In this document: positions 40,029 to 53,971 of the stretch, piece after piece
How the letters are laid out: every line of letters begins with the position of its first letter
How positions within the stretch are numbered: position 1 is the stretch's first letter
NCBI RefSeq assembly: GCF_009914755.1
Contig: NC_060927.1
DNA length: 64,000 bases
Direction: 5' to 3' (one strand)
From: the human T2T-CHM13v2.0 reference genome, Homo sapiens
Position numbers and translations under genes: made by a program
The notes under the pieces: generated by a model
Seen by the model: the letters and a program-made list of their open reading frames with translations, nothing else
Databases searched by the model: none
Told to the model about the DNA's origin: nothing

Positions 40029-41119
40029 CAGGCTGTTTATTATTGTTGACTCAAATGTCTTTATTTTGTTAAAGAGATACCTTAGCTGTGGGAGATAAAT
40101 TAGGAACTAGGGTAAAGCTTGGGGTTTGAGGCACCTAGCAGGATCTGAGGCAGGTCTCTAGTTGACGACGGAATGTGCATGAGATACCGCTGGGAGGAGG
40201 ATCATTCAGATCATTCATATCCCAAATTCAAAGATTTGGAGCTGCAGTCAGAGGCGATAGTGAAGAGTGAGCATGCATAAATACCCACTATGAATCCCGC
40301 AGAGCTGATGGTGACTCTGCTAATTATTCAGTAAGAGATTCTGAGACTCAGGAGCCTGGTGATTTTTCTAGAAAATAAAATTCAAGAGGACCAGAGTCTT
40401 TGGGTGAGGGGAGAGTGTTTCCCAATAATAAAAGCAGCAGCGAAAATAACAAATTTGATGCTTGGAAATAGGACAATTATAAATAAACCTGGTACAAGTT
40501 CTCCAAAAACAGAGATTGCCTTGTGAAAAATTCTGTCAGTTAGCAGGATGCTTAAATGACAGTATCAGGCAAGAGGAGAAGAATGTTGGCAGCGTGTGGG
40601 AGAGGTTGAAGGCCACTCCTGCCGTGCCTACGTTGGTTTCCTAATTTGGGTTGTTTCTCTCACAAGTTCCTTATTTGAAGACAGCTTGGACAGTGTTATG
40701 ATTAGAAACATAATCCATTCCACATGTCCCTGGAAGCCTGAGAGGCCCAATTGCAAGGTTTTTAGGGATGAATGCCAAGGAGGCCCCCTGGAAATCTGTG
40801 ACCCTGGAGCAAGTCACAGTTCATCTGGCCAGACTTGAATAGTGGCTCTTAGTGGGGGCCAGGGCAGGGTCTTGACAGACCTCCTTTACTTCTCCCCTCT
40901 GTTCTGATCTCCCTCATGACTGGGGGAGAGGGAGGAGGAGAAAGAGAGCTTGTTTGTGACCAAGGAGATGAGGCAGCAGGGAGGAGGGGCAGGTTTCTTG
41001 TGTCCTTTCTCTTTCTGCTGACTGCCCCCCTTCATCCCTGAACTTTTCAGCTGCTGTGTTATTTTTCTGCAATAGAACAACCCTAACCTCACCTCATCAG
41101 AGAGGTGTGCCGAGGAAGA

Positions 41120-41310
41120 GGCCCAGTCTTAAGCCGAAATTCGTCAGCTCTGCTACTTACTTGCTTAACCACTTTGAACCTGTTTTCTCAGCTGCAAAAT
41201 GGGATAATTCCTTCCAGGGCCGTTGTGAGGGTTTTGAAAGGAGGTAATGTGCATTAAAAGTCTAGGACCAGGCCTGGCTTTGGAAGGTGCCCAGTGGATG
41301 GTCATCAGCA
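41120..41310 (+). mobile_element. MIR
   Basis: cagctctgctacttac..ctgcaaaatgggataat..cagggccgttgtgagg. Confidence 0.7.
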
Positions 41311-41949
41311 TTATTCTGATTCTCGCCTGAGTAGAGGTGTGGCTCGCCCTCTCTAACTCAGTGTCTGGTGCTCCTAGGTCCTATCACAGCTCTGTAGTTA
41401 TAAGTCCATCCTGAAAGTCCATCACCTGGATAGTATCTACTTACCCTTACCCCTTTTCTTTATGGCTTTAATGATACTAATGCTAAAACTTGCCTTTCCT
41501 TTAACCCTCTGGAATAGCAAGCCAAGCTGAACCTGCTCGTTTCTAACATAATTAATAGTCCGCATTTTGGTGGTAGGCCTCCGCTTAAATTATGTAGTTA
41601 AATCATACTCATACCTGATTTACACTTCTTGCTATAGCCATAGGAACAGCTTCACTTCTTTTTCTAGGAGTCAGACTGACCACTCCTGAGCCGATGAGAA
41701 ACTCAAAGGTTTTTTCAGGGTTTATTACATCTGATGATTACGTATATATATATATATTCATTTTCAGATAAAACCAGATCTTGTTGAGATAGCTGTTTTC
41801 ATGTTTCCCAGTTGAGCCTAAAGTCTTAATAGTTTGGGTGAATTATTTTTCATCTTCCTCTTACCCTATGCAACAATATGAAGCACTGTGAGTTTCTGTC
41901 TGATTTGAAATATGGATAAAATACCCTCTTATCAACTGCTAGTCAGAAG

Positions 41950-42180
41950 TGTAGCAACAAAAGAACTGGATTTAGAGTCAGAAGATCATTTGAGTCTTGG
42001 CTTCACCACTTACTAGTTCCACAATCTTAGTTGTAAATTCACCTCTCTGAGCCTCAATTTCATCTAGAAAATGGAGATAAAAATACCCTTGCCCATAGTA
42101 GTGTTGAGGATTAGAAATGGCAGCATAGAGGTGGCCATGGCAAACTGCAAAGTACATGACAATGTTCGTTTAATTTATTG
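41950..42180 (+). mobile_element. MIR
   Basis: actggatttagagtcagaaga..accacttactag..cctctctgagcctcaatttcatct..aaaatggagataa. Confidence 0.75.
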
Positions 42181-44109
42181 TATTTATTGATTTTTCCACT
42201 GTGCAACTGAGGATTTTCAAAAGAAGGAGAAAACACAATTTTTGTCTTCAATGTGTGGCAATTTTAAAGTTAGATGCTAGGCCTTTTCTTATTTTGGCTT
42301 ACCTTCTCTGCTGATAACTGTGGCTTAAAGCTTTACGCTTCTCTACTACTAATAATAGCATAGTAGTATCTGTCTCTTTTGAAAGGACAAATGAGCCAAT
42401 AGCTAGAAGAACATTTTGTACTTCGGGGAGGAAATATGTCAGGGACATCTCAGGTAGCACTCTTATTGTTAGTATCATTCACCTGGATCATTTTTGTGCT
42501 GATACAATAACACCATCCCCACTCAAAGTGGAAAAAAATAAATTATTGATGGCTTTGCATACTCAAGCTGGGTTCCAGAAATGGCTTGTGAATAGCAAGG
42601 ACTTGAGCTGAACTCTCCAAAGGAACAATGAGGGTGGTTGGAGTACAGTGGAAATGCGACCTCGGGGGATCAGTTTTCAGCTGCATTGTGGCCGAATTAA
42701 TAATTCAAGATTATTGTTTTGGGCTAGGTATCCTTTTCAGCATCTTTAAAAACCTCTCTTTCTACCATGGTGGGATTGCTTCACTATTCAATGTCATGCC
42801 AAGGATTTTTTTCTTGAATGCAATGCTGTATAGTAGCAACGTGAAATATGTGAGTGTTCCTTGTAGATTACAATATACTCATTAGATCAAAATGTTTATT
42901 ACAATCTCAATCTCTAAAAAATTGAGACATGTGTTTTGGATTCAGAATGTCTAGTATTTTATTCAATCGATTTCCCATCTTAGATTGTAGGCATTAGGAT
43001 AAGGGTAGGAAAGTGAGATTCATATATGACACAGCTGCTTACCAGATAAGCTGCAGATGTTTTAGTCACCTCCATATTTTCTAATATCAAACATTTTATT
43101 TTTGTAGCTAACAGCGTTCTTTATGGCATTGTTTAGAAAGCTTTATACTAAAGTTATTTGTGATTGCCTTTTCCATAAAAGGATTGGGGGTGGCTTAAAA
43201 AGAAAGATACTAGGTTGAGAGAAAATATACATGTAAGAAGATGGAGACAATGTTTATTTGCCAGGCTTTCTCTTGGGGAGAACTGTGTTTGGATTACATT
43301 GATGACCTTCCCAGTGTGGAAAGAGAAATCCCAAAAGCACGCTTAAATATCCAAAGGTGATCCCTAAACTGCCACGCACATGCCAAAAAGAAAAATCTGT
43401 GTTGCTCCCGAAGAGATGGGAAAAATGTAAGGAGGGAAACAGAATTGATGACTCAAGTGAGTTAGATTCTTAAATGATGGAGGTTGCCATGTTTGAGATT
43501 TCCTTATGATTCTATTATCCTCTAGTGATCTGCAGCAATTCAAATTTCTCCAAAAGGTTAATATTGTGGCTTTCTGGCATCAACCAATGATGGACATGAG
43601 CTTGGAGTCACAGAGAGTGAAATAAAAGATGCCGGTTGGGAGAGGATGGAGGCTTTAGTTGATATGTGGGTTAAAGAGATATAGAAACAGAAAATAAAGC
43701 CCAAGAAAACAGGCAGGGTAAAAATTTATCAGTAATCACAATTGTTAATAGAGGGCTGTGATTTACTTATCACTCTGGCTTGGAGTTTCTCGATAGCCAT
43801 TGTAGGAAGGGAAGCATAGTCAGTTCCATATTTCTTGTTTTCAGAAAGGGAGATGCATATTATCTCCAAGAGACGTTTAAAATTCAACTTTAATTCTGGA
43901 AGGATAGTCTTATGAGAGGCTTTCCACAGACGACTCCAGGTGACATAAGAAAAACAATGCCTTCAAGAACTGTTTGTCAGTCACTGTAGGAGCAAAATTT
44001 ATGTGGCTTATCCTTGAACTACCCTTGATTAAAGTACAGGACATGGGAGCTAAAGCCCGAACCAGTGAAAAGAATTCTCTGTGGGAATAAATTAATCTGG
44101 TCTGTGCGT

Positions 44110-44548
44110 GGCAGTGTTTGTAGTTGATGTTTGTGGCTGATGTGCCAACATCAACTCATCCCGGTTGATCAGTCTAAGCTTATCAAGGTAATTCCATTCC
44201 TCCTGTCAATAATTCAGTCAGGAATGAGTCTGTGACCTAATCCTGGCCACTGAGAAGTGAGAGCAGAAAAATCTAGAGACTCTGGGAAAGGTTTTCTCCA
44301 GTAGGAAATGCAGGAAGAGAACATCTTTCTTCTTTCATGGGACATTGTTGTGCAGGGATGGGACATCATGGAATGAAGCCAACACTGAGCATGGCTGAGT
44401 GGATAAACAGAAAAAGCTCTTCTTGAGCTACTGACTCAGTCAGCCCTGGAGACCTTCTAGTTTTATGCAAGCTCATATATTCCTAATTGTTAAGTCCTTT
44501 TGAGCTGGAAATTATTTTACTTGCAGTCAGAAACAGCTTGACTGATAG
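44110..44548 (+). mobile_element. MLT1J/K-type LTR
   Basis: tgtgacctaatcctggccactgaga..ctctgggaaagg..aatgaagccaacactgag..ttacttgcagtcagaaac..actgata. Confidence 0.65.
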
Positions 44549-44639
44549 GTCTTTCAATAATCTGTCTTTAACCAAGTTATTAAATAATAGAAATCATTAC
44601 AGGGGTGAAAAAAAAGCAAGTGGGAGAGGTCATGACCCA

Positions 44640-44818
44640 TTTTAGGCTTACCTCTCCAATCAGCCTCATTTTTTTTTTTCAACCACTCTTCACCTCCTAT
44701 TATACTTCTATGTTCCAGGAATACTAAACTTGCTTTCTCTTGCCATTACTCTCTTGCACAGACTATCCCTATCCCAAGAATAGCTCCCTTACACCCTTGA
44801 GTGTGTATGCATACACGT

Positions 44819-44852
<34 letters not shown>

Positions 44853-45740
44853 CTCCAGCCTGGAAAGTTCTGCTCAGCCTTCTTTTTCAAGTTCATCCAG
44901 ATACCACTTCCTGAGAGGTGAGGGTGGGGTGGCTCTTTTGACCTATACCCCCAACCCCTGCTCATTTAGAGTTTCTGTGGTAGGAAGTCTCTAAGTTGGC
45001 CCCAGTGATCTTTTCTTAAGGAATTTCTTCCCTTTGATGTGAGTTGAATTAATGAAATATAAATGACTGAAATACACTGAAAGTATTTCCTACTTATAAT
45101 GTCACTTCCAAGATTAGGTTACAAAAAGACAATGGCTTTTGTGTCCAGCACCCTTTCTCACTGTTTGACTCTCGCTTTCTTGGATCATCAATTGCCAGAG
45201 GCCCCTCAAACATCTATAGAGATGCTCATGTGGTAAGGAAACTAGGCCTGCCAACTATGCCAGTGAGCTTGGAAACAAATCTTTTCAGGCTTGCAAAAAG
45301 TTACATAAGTTAGCTTGGAAACAGATGCCCCCTCATTCCCAAATGAGCCTTCAGATGAAAGCATAGCCCTTGTTGAAGCTTGGCTTCAGCCTTATGAGAG
45401 ATGAGCCAGAGGAACCCAGCTCATCTGTGCCTGCATTCTTGATCCAAATAAATAAAGTGATGGCAAATATTTGTTGTTTTGAACCACTAAATTTTGGGGT
45501 AATGTGTTACACAGCACAGGTAACAAATACAGTATCTCTTCTCTGGGTTCCCACAAAAATCTGTAGTTTCCCCATCACAGCACTTACCACTCTGTATTAT
45601 AATTATCTGGTTATTCATCTAACCATTTAACTAGATTGTACAGTCTGTGAAGATAAAGACATTGTTTTGTGCAGCACTGTATCTTCAGCAAATAACACTG
45701 TCTTGGTACATAAAAGTATGCTAATTCTCACTGAATAATA
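44640..45740 (+). mobile_element. L2 split by MLT1F, with (CA)n at 44819-44850
   Basis: L2 text on both sides; 3' part catcacagcacttaccactctgtattataatt..ctagattgta..gtatcttcagca. Confidence 0.6.
44976..45531 (+). mobile_element. MLT1F-family solo LTR
   Basis: tgtggtagg..tggccccagtgatc..gtcacttccaagattaggttacaaaaagac..gagccttcagatga..ttttggggtaatgtgttacacagca..aataca; TSD gtttc/gtatc. Confidence 0.85.
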
Positions 45741-45994
45741 ATAGAAGTTTGGGACTCTATAAAGTATGTGGCACAAACATGGCTGTGGACATAGGAAGTT
45801 GGGTCAAGGAGGTGAGTACCATAGAGAAGGACAATAAAATTAATATCAAATTATAAAATATTTATTAATATAAAAGATGTATAAACAGACTGAGCACCAA
45901 CTAAGATGGTACTAATAGATAAAGTAACATTTTGAATATTATATCCTGATAATGCACTGATGTTGTGGTAAATGGTCATTGAGGAGAAAGGGCA

Positions 45995-46170
45995 TCACGT
46001 GGTGTAAAGAACACTGGCCAGGTAAGCAAAGAATCAGAATTCTGCACCCTGCCTTTCTACTGAAGAGCACTGGACCTGGGCAGATGGCCTGACTTTCTGG
46101 GCCTCAGTTTCTTAATGGTGAGGTCAAAGAAGGCATGACATCTTAAAGGTTCCTTTTAGCTCCAATACTT
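45995..46170 (+). mobile_element. MIR/MIR3
   Basis: aaagaacactggcc..tctgggcctcagtttct..aaggttccttttagctcca. Confidence 0.6.
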
Positions 46171-47482
46171 TGCTTTACATATAACTTTATTCTGTGAGCA
46201 CTTATCTCAAACTAGTTCAGAGCAGTGGTCCTTGATCTTTTTGTCTTTTCATCTCATCATATTTGAAGGAACACGTGTCCTTGTGAAACAGTAATTCTCA
46301 GTCTCTATGGAGGAAAGTGACATATCACGTGACGGGCCTGTTAGAATTTCTGAGTAATATGTGTAGTGTGAAAAGATTTCCCAGATGACTCTGACCTGCT
46401 TGATACCCACTTTTGAAAACCTCTGAGGTAATACAAAATGACAGACCAATAAGTTTTGGTCAACAGACCAGAGATTCTGCTGTTTGATAAAAATGAATAC
46501 AGTAGAATTTAACTATATGTTTAATTAGAAGCTTAAAAGAAATGGCTGAAAAATAATCTCAGTTAAAAAAAAAAATCAACAAGTAAACCACTCTGGTAGA
46601 GTTGCTGTCAGAATATGGTTCTTGGAAACAGCATCACAAACTTTCCTATTTTCTGAAGTTTCTGTACTTACATGAGTCTCTGAAACTGGAGATCTATCAT
46701 GTACTTAGAAGGCCGTACTTCAAGGCATTTACCACATCACCAGATTCCTATATCTACAAGAGATTGTTGTCAATATCTTGAGTGAAAGACTCATAATGCT
46801 CTAAATAGTTTACAGCTGGTTCTTCTAAGCTGTCATAATAATCATGGTAACAATAATACCTAGCATTTAATTCTTTCATTTTCCAAAATGCTTTTCACCT
46901 GTCATTGCATTAGCCTCACAATGTACCTGTTAGGCAAACAGCGCAGGTGTCCTGAACATTATGTTTTCCCTGCAAGTTCACTCACTTAGTCAATGTACAC
47001 AGTAATCCAGAGCCCCTGTTTGTCAGAGGACTCAACAGAGATAAAATGCTGAATAAGACACGGTTGATGCTCTCGGGGTCTGAGAATATATAAGGATAGG
47101 TAGGTATTTAAACAAATAATTTCAATGCTCTCAGGTACTTTGCTTTCTTTTCCTATTGTGGCCTGTGCATCTATCCTTTACCTGGCCCAGACCTGGTGCC
47201 AAGAGTGGAATCATTTAGACTTTAGTGCATCAGCAAATATCCCTTCACTCATATACCATCCTATGATGAAAAAAATAATTGCTTTTATTTTAAAGTTAAA
47301 AACTTCAGTTCTTCCACAAATTCCAGAAACATAAGAAATATGTGGTTCACTGTTTAACAAAGCCATTTCTCATGAGTACTGATGTTCCTTTGATTAGTTA
47401 GAGGGACCTTCTCTCAGAAGAAGCTCTCAAGTCTAGAAGCTCAATAAGTGGGATGTGAGAAGTTTTAATCTTTGAAGGAAGC

Positions 47483-47687
47483 CACTGTTACGTTGGAACT
47501 GGTGTAATGGCTCCTGAGAGCTAAATGTATATGTGTTTTCCCAACTCAGTGTCCAGAAATGTCAGACTGATAGCTTGAAATTTTCCTTGGTGGGAGTATT
47601 TTCACCTAGAAAATTGAAAACCCCTGAAAATCCGAACTTTTTTCCTCCTGGAGAGCCAATTGTTAAATATTTACCAGCATACCACTG
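47483..47687. mobile_element. MER63A-like hAT-Blackjack MITE
   Basis: ttcccaactc..tagcttgaaa..tggtgggagtattt..ggagagccaattgttaaatatttaccagcataccactg. Confidence 0.75.
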
Positions 47688-48559
47688 ACGGTAGCTTGCC
47701 TTCCTTCACCTGGGACTTGATGAAGTTGATGGATTTACTAAACTATTCTGCATATGATATGCATAACAATCTCTTAATTTGGGTTTGAATATAATTATAC
47801 ACTCTGTATTAATTTCTTTTCCCCTCCCCCACATATATGGGTTAAAAATTCACTTAATTTGACATGTAAATGTATGCAAAGTAGCAAACAATTCATGTTT
47901 TTCGCTGAGAAGCCTGGAACATTAATAACACTGCAATCTTAATTACGCAGCTACCAAACCAATGCTCATTCGAAACCACCCTCCTATATTGCCACCTATG
48001 GAAAATACCCTGCTGAAATGAACTTTTCTTCTATGATTGACAAAGACATAGCTTTCATCTTGCTGAAAAAAAAAATCAAATCAAAACAGGAACATGCAAG
48101 TAAATATCTTCATCTTGAAGATTTTGTAAATCATCATTTTGAACACCTTAATTCTTTTCTTTAATATATGCCTCAAACCAAAGCACTTCTCTGGAAAGAT
48201 GTTCCTGTTCCTGTCAACGGTCTTACGGTTTTCTCAGTAATCATGCTGGAAATTTCAATGTCCTCTGAGTGCTAACTAGAGCACTAGAGCCACAGAAGAG
48301 GTTCAATAAATATGTATTGACTAGATCAATTTTAAAAACTTCTTTGTAATCCTATGCAACAAAGTAGCAAGCATGGAGTTTTTTTTATTATTATTATTTT
48401 TTGTCAGAATGTGCATCTTTTTTTCACTGCCAATACTAATGTAAGTCCTTGTTACCACAGCTTTTCCTAGCTACTTATCTCACGCTGGACTCTCTCCACT
48501 ATTAAGCATTCACACAAAAGGCTTTAACTGAATTTATGTTGTGGAGTGAGTACTGGTTT

Positions 48560-49310
48560 TAGGACTGACATGAACCAGATATTCTGTCATCAAGATGGGG
48601 GAGACACGAATGGACACAAAACCCTGTCTGCAATATGGCAAAGGCTGTAACCACAGCAAACACAGAATGCTATAAAAGCAGAGAGGAGAGGGATTAGAAC
48701 TCTTTTAAGTGGTAGAGAGTCTTGAACTGACTTTTGCAGTATGCCTAGAACTTTGCTAGGGGAACAAAGTGGAAAACATAGCCCAGGGAGAGGGGAAATA
48801 GTATGGGCTGCATTTGGTCTTGAGCAAAAGCAGTCAGGATTCAGATTACTTGAGTTAAATCTGATTTGCCACTCTCTGAGTGACCTTAGGCAAATTACCT
48901 AAAACTCATTTTATAGATGAGCCACAGTTGCCTTGTCTATAGAAGGGGGTCTTGTAGCTTATAAGATTGTAAAGAAGATTAATCGGGCTAATGAATGGAG
49001 ATTTCTTAAGATGGAGCCTACCACACGTTAAATGCTCCATAAATGCTAGAATTTTTTTCTACTAGTCCAGATAAAGGGAACGGCATTTGAAAAATTATGG
49101 AGGTGAGAAAAAAGCAGTCTGTTTCAGGAAGGGCAAGCTTACCTTATAGCAGAAATACTGAGTGTTGGTTGGAGAGTGGAGAAAGACGAAGCTGGAGTGG
49201 CAGATGACAACCAGAACCTGGAGGACCTTGTGTGACATGCTCAATTCTTTGGACTTTAAGCTGGATGTGATAAGGATCTATTAAAGGATTTTAAGGGGAC
49301 AGAGACCCAT
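48560..49310 (-). mobile_element. L2 fragment split by a sense MIR (~48820-49050)
   Basis: L2-like text on both sides of gccactctctgagtgaccttaggcaaattacc..ctccataaatgctag. Confidence 0.55.
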
Positions 49311-49354
49311 TTTGCTTCCTGCTACTAAGCTGAACATTATTTTTATTATCACTC

Positions 49355-50092
49355 TGCTTCCCCAAACCATCAAATAAAAACAGAGACAATGTTTATTCAA
49401 GATAGAAAAACATTTTATTTAGGATACTGCAGTGGGGGAAAGAGACTCCAGTTGAACTCAACTCCACTAAAAAAAAAAAAAAAGAAAAATAAAGAAAAAA
49501 ATGGAAGACTTTATAAACACTGGTATGCTAAAGGAAAAATACTGAAGGATATTGGTTGGGGGTGGCGTTGGCCAGTGTGATTAGGCCGTTTGTGTTTGCT
49601 AACTGGTACTTATGGAAGTTAAGGTTCCCACCTTCCCAAAAAGACCGAGCAATGGAAATCCTATTCTTCCTGATGACCTCAAAGGGATGGATCCTAGGTC
49701 CTTGAGAAGCACATTCCTGGGTTGTAGAAGATACATCTCAAAGGGACAGAAAAGATTGTCAATTGCAAGTTTTCTGAAGTAAATGCTCTAAGAGAAAGAT
49801 GCCAGAGGCCTACGGTCTGGGTTTAGCTGAAAAAATAGTAAATTCTTTTGGCAGTGTTGAGCTTTCCTCAAGCAGATATTTTCAGGGGACTGAGGTCATC
49901 CTAAGAACATGGCCTTGGGCGGATAGAAGGCATGCTGGAGCTTAAGTCTCGTAGTGTGGAGGTGAGGATGGACAAAATCATTTTTTCTCAGAGTTTGCAG
50001 TTCTCGTAGGCCAAGGTTGAGACCTAGACCTAGTTGTGAAGATGGCTCAGAGGAACCTGTCTAAAGTTTGGTCAAGGACAGAATCTTTGTCA
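49355..50092 (-). mobile_element. ERV1 solo LTR of the MER31/MER67 group
   Basis: Minus strand begins tgacaaagattctgtccttgaccaaactttagacaggttcctctgagcc; AATAAA on the minus strand near its 3' end. Confidence 0.75.
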
Positions 50093-50429
50093 ACACCTTC
50101 CAGTAGCTCTTTTTCTTACTGCCTGGCATCTGACAGTTTTTTTGCTTAACTTTCTAGACCCTTCATAATCCGATCCTCTCTGCTTGGGAATACTCTCTTG
50201 TTTTGGATTCTGGGTTTTTACCTTTGTTGTTTCCTTTCTCCTCTGCCCCTTGCATCATATTCAGCCTTCAAAGCCCCACTCAGTGAAGACCCTATCTCTG
50301 CAAAGGCTTATTTGATAATTCTACACCCTCTTCAGTGAACTAGAAGCTTCTGTTTTCTTGCCACACAAATTAGCACTTAATTATCACACACACTGTGCTT
50401 GGAAGATTTGAAATTATGGAAAGTTTACT

Positions 50430-50650
50430 GGGCTTAGAGTTCAGAGGGGTTTGAATCTCACTTCTTCCACTGATCACCTGTCTGGACACAAGCAAATCAC
50501 ATCTCTGAGGTTTAATTTCTTTATTTGTAAAATGATGATAATACTAACCCCCAAATATTGTTATAATTGAATTAGATTACATAATATTTGTGAAGGTCCC
50601 CAACATGGCGCATAGCCTAAAGTTCACGTACACTAGATGTTTATTGATCT
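50430..50650 (+). mobile_element. MIR
   Basis: gggtttgaatctc..catctctgagg..atttgtaaaatgatgataatact. Confidence 0.7.
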
Positions 50651-51989
50651 TTTATCATTTTATGTATACTAATATATCATTTTCCTAATTGAATTTTAAG
50701 CTTTTCCAGAGCCAAAAATATGGCTAATATTCTTCTCATCTACAATCTCTATCAGAGCATTGAGAGTATAACAGGCACTCAATAAATCCTAGCTGAAAGA
50801 ATTGATTAATTGCATTCTTAGAAGAAAGGGGCTGAGTGTGTTGTACATTCTGTGAAGAGTTCAAGAGATGCTCTATAAGGAAATGAATCCTCCAGATACC
50901 TACAAAATAGAGGCTGAAATAATATAGTTTTAGGAAGTATTAATTTAGATGAATAGACTTTTTGATCTCAAAAGACTCTCCAATAGCATTTTAGACACTA
51001 GAACAGTCTAAGCAGAAGTCTTAAAGAAAACTAGGAAACAGATATAATTGTGTGTAACTCTGAAAAAAATCTGGCTGAATATTAGGCCCAGCATTAAAAA
51101 AAAATTGCAATCAAAACTGGAATTCCTCATCCCCTGACTCCATTCTTGCTGGGTTGGCTATCTCAGAGTATTAACTTCTAAGCATCCTCATGTAATAAAT
51201 GAATAGACCAGCAGACTCTGAGAGTGATTTATTATTCATCATGAATAGCAAGTGAATGAAATAATTTAACATCCACTAATCTCTAAAAGGGACCCACTCA
51301 TTTTTAATCATCTAGTGTGACATGTGATCACTCATTCACTTACATCCCCCCGAGCACATCCTACTGCATAGTGAGCAGCAGAACGCTATTTATGTACTTC
51401 TGTGACATGAGTGTATCATTAGGTGGATATTACAGCCTGTGGAATTGGGACCATGTTTTTGTGCAATGTGACAACTTGACACAATCCATACACGTGTCAC
51501 CTTTTGCATCCCATTAGTATCAAGGGATCCCACAAATGCTAATATGGCATAGTGATAATTACACGGCTCACAGTTCTGAGGCTAGGATTAGAAATGGCAA
51601 CCAGGTTGACGGTTACAGATTGTGGTGGGTTTGTCACATGAGAGAGAATGCTAAGGGAATGGTAACTGGATGATAATCTTTGTCACGAGACAAAGCCTAA
51701 CTGAAGAATTTCCTATTCTAATTATAATTGCACTGGTGAATATTATACTGTTTATTTTTGAGCCACAGGAGAATGTAGAATCAGTATGTTAATGTCTGGA
51801 GTATTTGGAGAATTTCCTTTATCTAGCCACATTGGGTATATTTCTTAAAAATTTAAGAAATATAGAGCCAAGTTTTGCTGTAATTATAAATCTACATATT
51901 TCTAAAAGGGCAGAGGAGAAAATTAAATTGACTAAGAGGCCAGTTAAATTGGCCAGTTAATGTACTTTGGCTCTGGTACAAAAATTAGT

Positions 51990-52125
51990 AATAATTGTCA
52001 TGAATACAGCCTAGTATTTTTTGAGTGCCTGCGTGGTGCCAGGCACTGTTCACACATTATCTTATTTAATTCTCATCACAATACTGTGAGGTGGGCAATA
52101 TTATTCCTATTTATACATGAAGGAA
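51990..52125 (-). mobile_element. MIR
   Basis: ttgagtgcct..gtgccaggcactgtt..attatcttatttaattctcatcacaatactgtgaggtggg. Confidence 0.75.
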
Positions 52126-52429
52126 TGCCTTCACTCAACCTGTGGTTATATCAATGTTGACCAAACAGTTTAGGAAACAAAAATTTGACTTTGATCATTG
52201 TGACTTATTTAAAAAAATTAAGTTTAAAATTATCCCCATTCTCCTTTTAAGATGAGTCTTTTTATTTGGATATAACTTTGGTGTAATGATTATTTTGTGG
52301 AAATTTATTATTTTAAAGTTATTTCTACTATTACATTATTATTTTTTAGTGCAATTATTATTTCTAGTATAAACTCCAAGAAAAGGAATATTTCTTTTTT
52401 GTTCCAAGGTTCAATAGGTCAATGTATAT

Positions 52430-52583
52430 GAATGAGTATATGAGTCACCTAGGGTAGAATCTCGTTAATATGCAGATTCTGATGCAGCGGTAACAAAAGG
52501 TGCATTATGAGATTCTGCACTTCTAAGAAACTCCACAGTGATATTAATACTGCTGGTCCAGAGACTACACATGGGTTAAGAAG
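52430..52583. mobile_element. MER5A-family hAT-Charlie MITE
   Basis: gagtcacctaggg..atgcagattctgat..tgagattctgcacttctaa..tgctggtccagagactacac. Confidence 0.75.
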
Positions 52584-53379
52584 TAACGTGAGGTAGATTG
52601 AATTCAAACTCTCTATAAAGCAGTCACCATTCTGGCTTGGAAGTTAAAGGAGCCATAGCATAGCTTTTTCTTTTCTCTGTTTTATTGGGGTGGTTAAATG
52701 CTTTCTTTTTTTTTTCTCCATGAGTCTTGTAGATCAAGGTAGAATCAATAATTTTTCTTATTGCTCTTCAGACATATTGATATTTCATTGAGATTATCTT
52801 TAGTTTTTCATATGAGACCACCCCTGACAGGGTACATTGGTAGTTATAGTAAAAGAGTGACCCATAACTCTTCTAAACTCCGGGAAGTGCAAACAGGTGC
52901 AATTAATTTGAAGTAAAAAGACCAAGCAATAGAATATACAGGACAGGAAAAGTCCATTCTGGGTGGCTTTTACCAAGCCATTGATGGGCAGTTTGACAGG
53001 GGAGCACTAAGGATTTAAACCTGTGCATTACTTAGAGTGTTTGGAGGATATTACTTGTGTAAAAGACACTAACCTATATAAGCTTCTATGGTTCATAGGA
53101 CTGGTTCCGTCTTTGACTTGAAAGCCTACCTTCAATGTAATGAAGGCTTTACGTGTGTCAGAATGTGAAGCAAGTGTCTTGTAGGTAGGCATTTCTAACA
53201 GTATAGGTGACTGTCAAAAACCAAGGACCCTTAATATGCCTTCTTCATGTGAAAGACTTGCCTTGGTGTTTTACAAGAATGAAAGAATATGTTTTGAGAT
53301 GCATGGCCAGTGGAGGAGTGCTAATCTCACCAGATCTTGGATGAAGCCAAATATTTACTGAAAACAAGTCAGGTTCATG

Positions 53380-53600
53380 GAGGTAGCAAGTGATAGCAAA
53401 AGAGAAGAGGCTCTATGGTCAAACCCAATTGGGTTTGAATTGTGGCTTTGCCTCTACTTGGTCATGAGACCTTGACCAACACACACATTTTCCTCTTCAA
53501 AATGGACAATATTGCTGCCACATAAGTTAGTGTAAGGGGAATGCTGTCTCCAGCGTTAAAGACCTCACCCCAAGTAAGTGCTCTATTAATTGTAGTTTCC
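53380..53600 (+). mobile_element. MIR
   Basis: tgggtttgaattgtggctttgcc..gaccttgaccaa..ttttcctcttcaaaatgg..agtaagtgctc. Confidence 0.6.
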
Positions 53601-53832
53601 TTTTCCCCTTTGCATGCACCAAGCATGGGCATTTTAGATATAACTGCAAGCCACACTTTTCCTGGCCAAGCATGGCTGATTTGTGAGAGGAAGGTATTGA
53701 TACATTTCATTAACAACGTTTAAATCACATCCTCTTAACCTCTGGTAATATCAATGTCAGTAAAAACCAGCTTAGGAAAGGAAAATTGGAATTCAATCAC
53801 ACAGCGTATTTTGAAAATAAAAAAGCTTTGGA

Positions 53833-53971
53833 TCCCTCCTCCTCTTCCCTTCTCTTCTCCTTTTCCTCTAGCTCTTTCTCCTCCTCTTCCTTTTCTTCTT
53901 TTCTTATTCTCTGCCTCCTTTTCTCCTTTCCCAATTCCTTCAACTTTTCTTCCTCTCCTTCTCTTTTCTTT
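53833..53971. repeat. CT-rich polypyrimidine tract
   Basis: About 140 nt almost purely C/T. Confidence 0.9.

Noticed and set aside
46325-46333. TCACGTGAC CLEAR/E-box motif
   Set aside because: Isolated motif inside a probable decayed Charlie/MER5-like element, not near a promoter.
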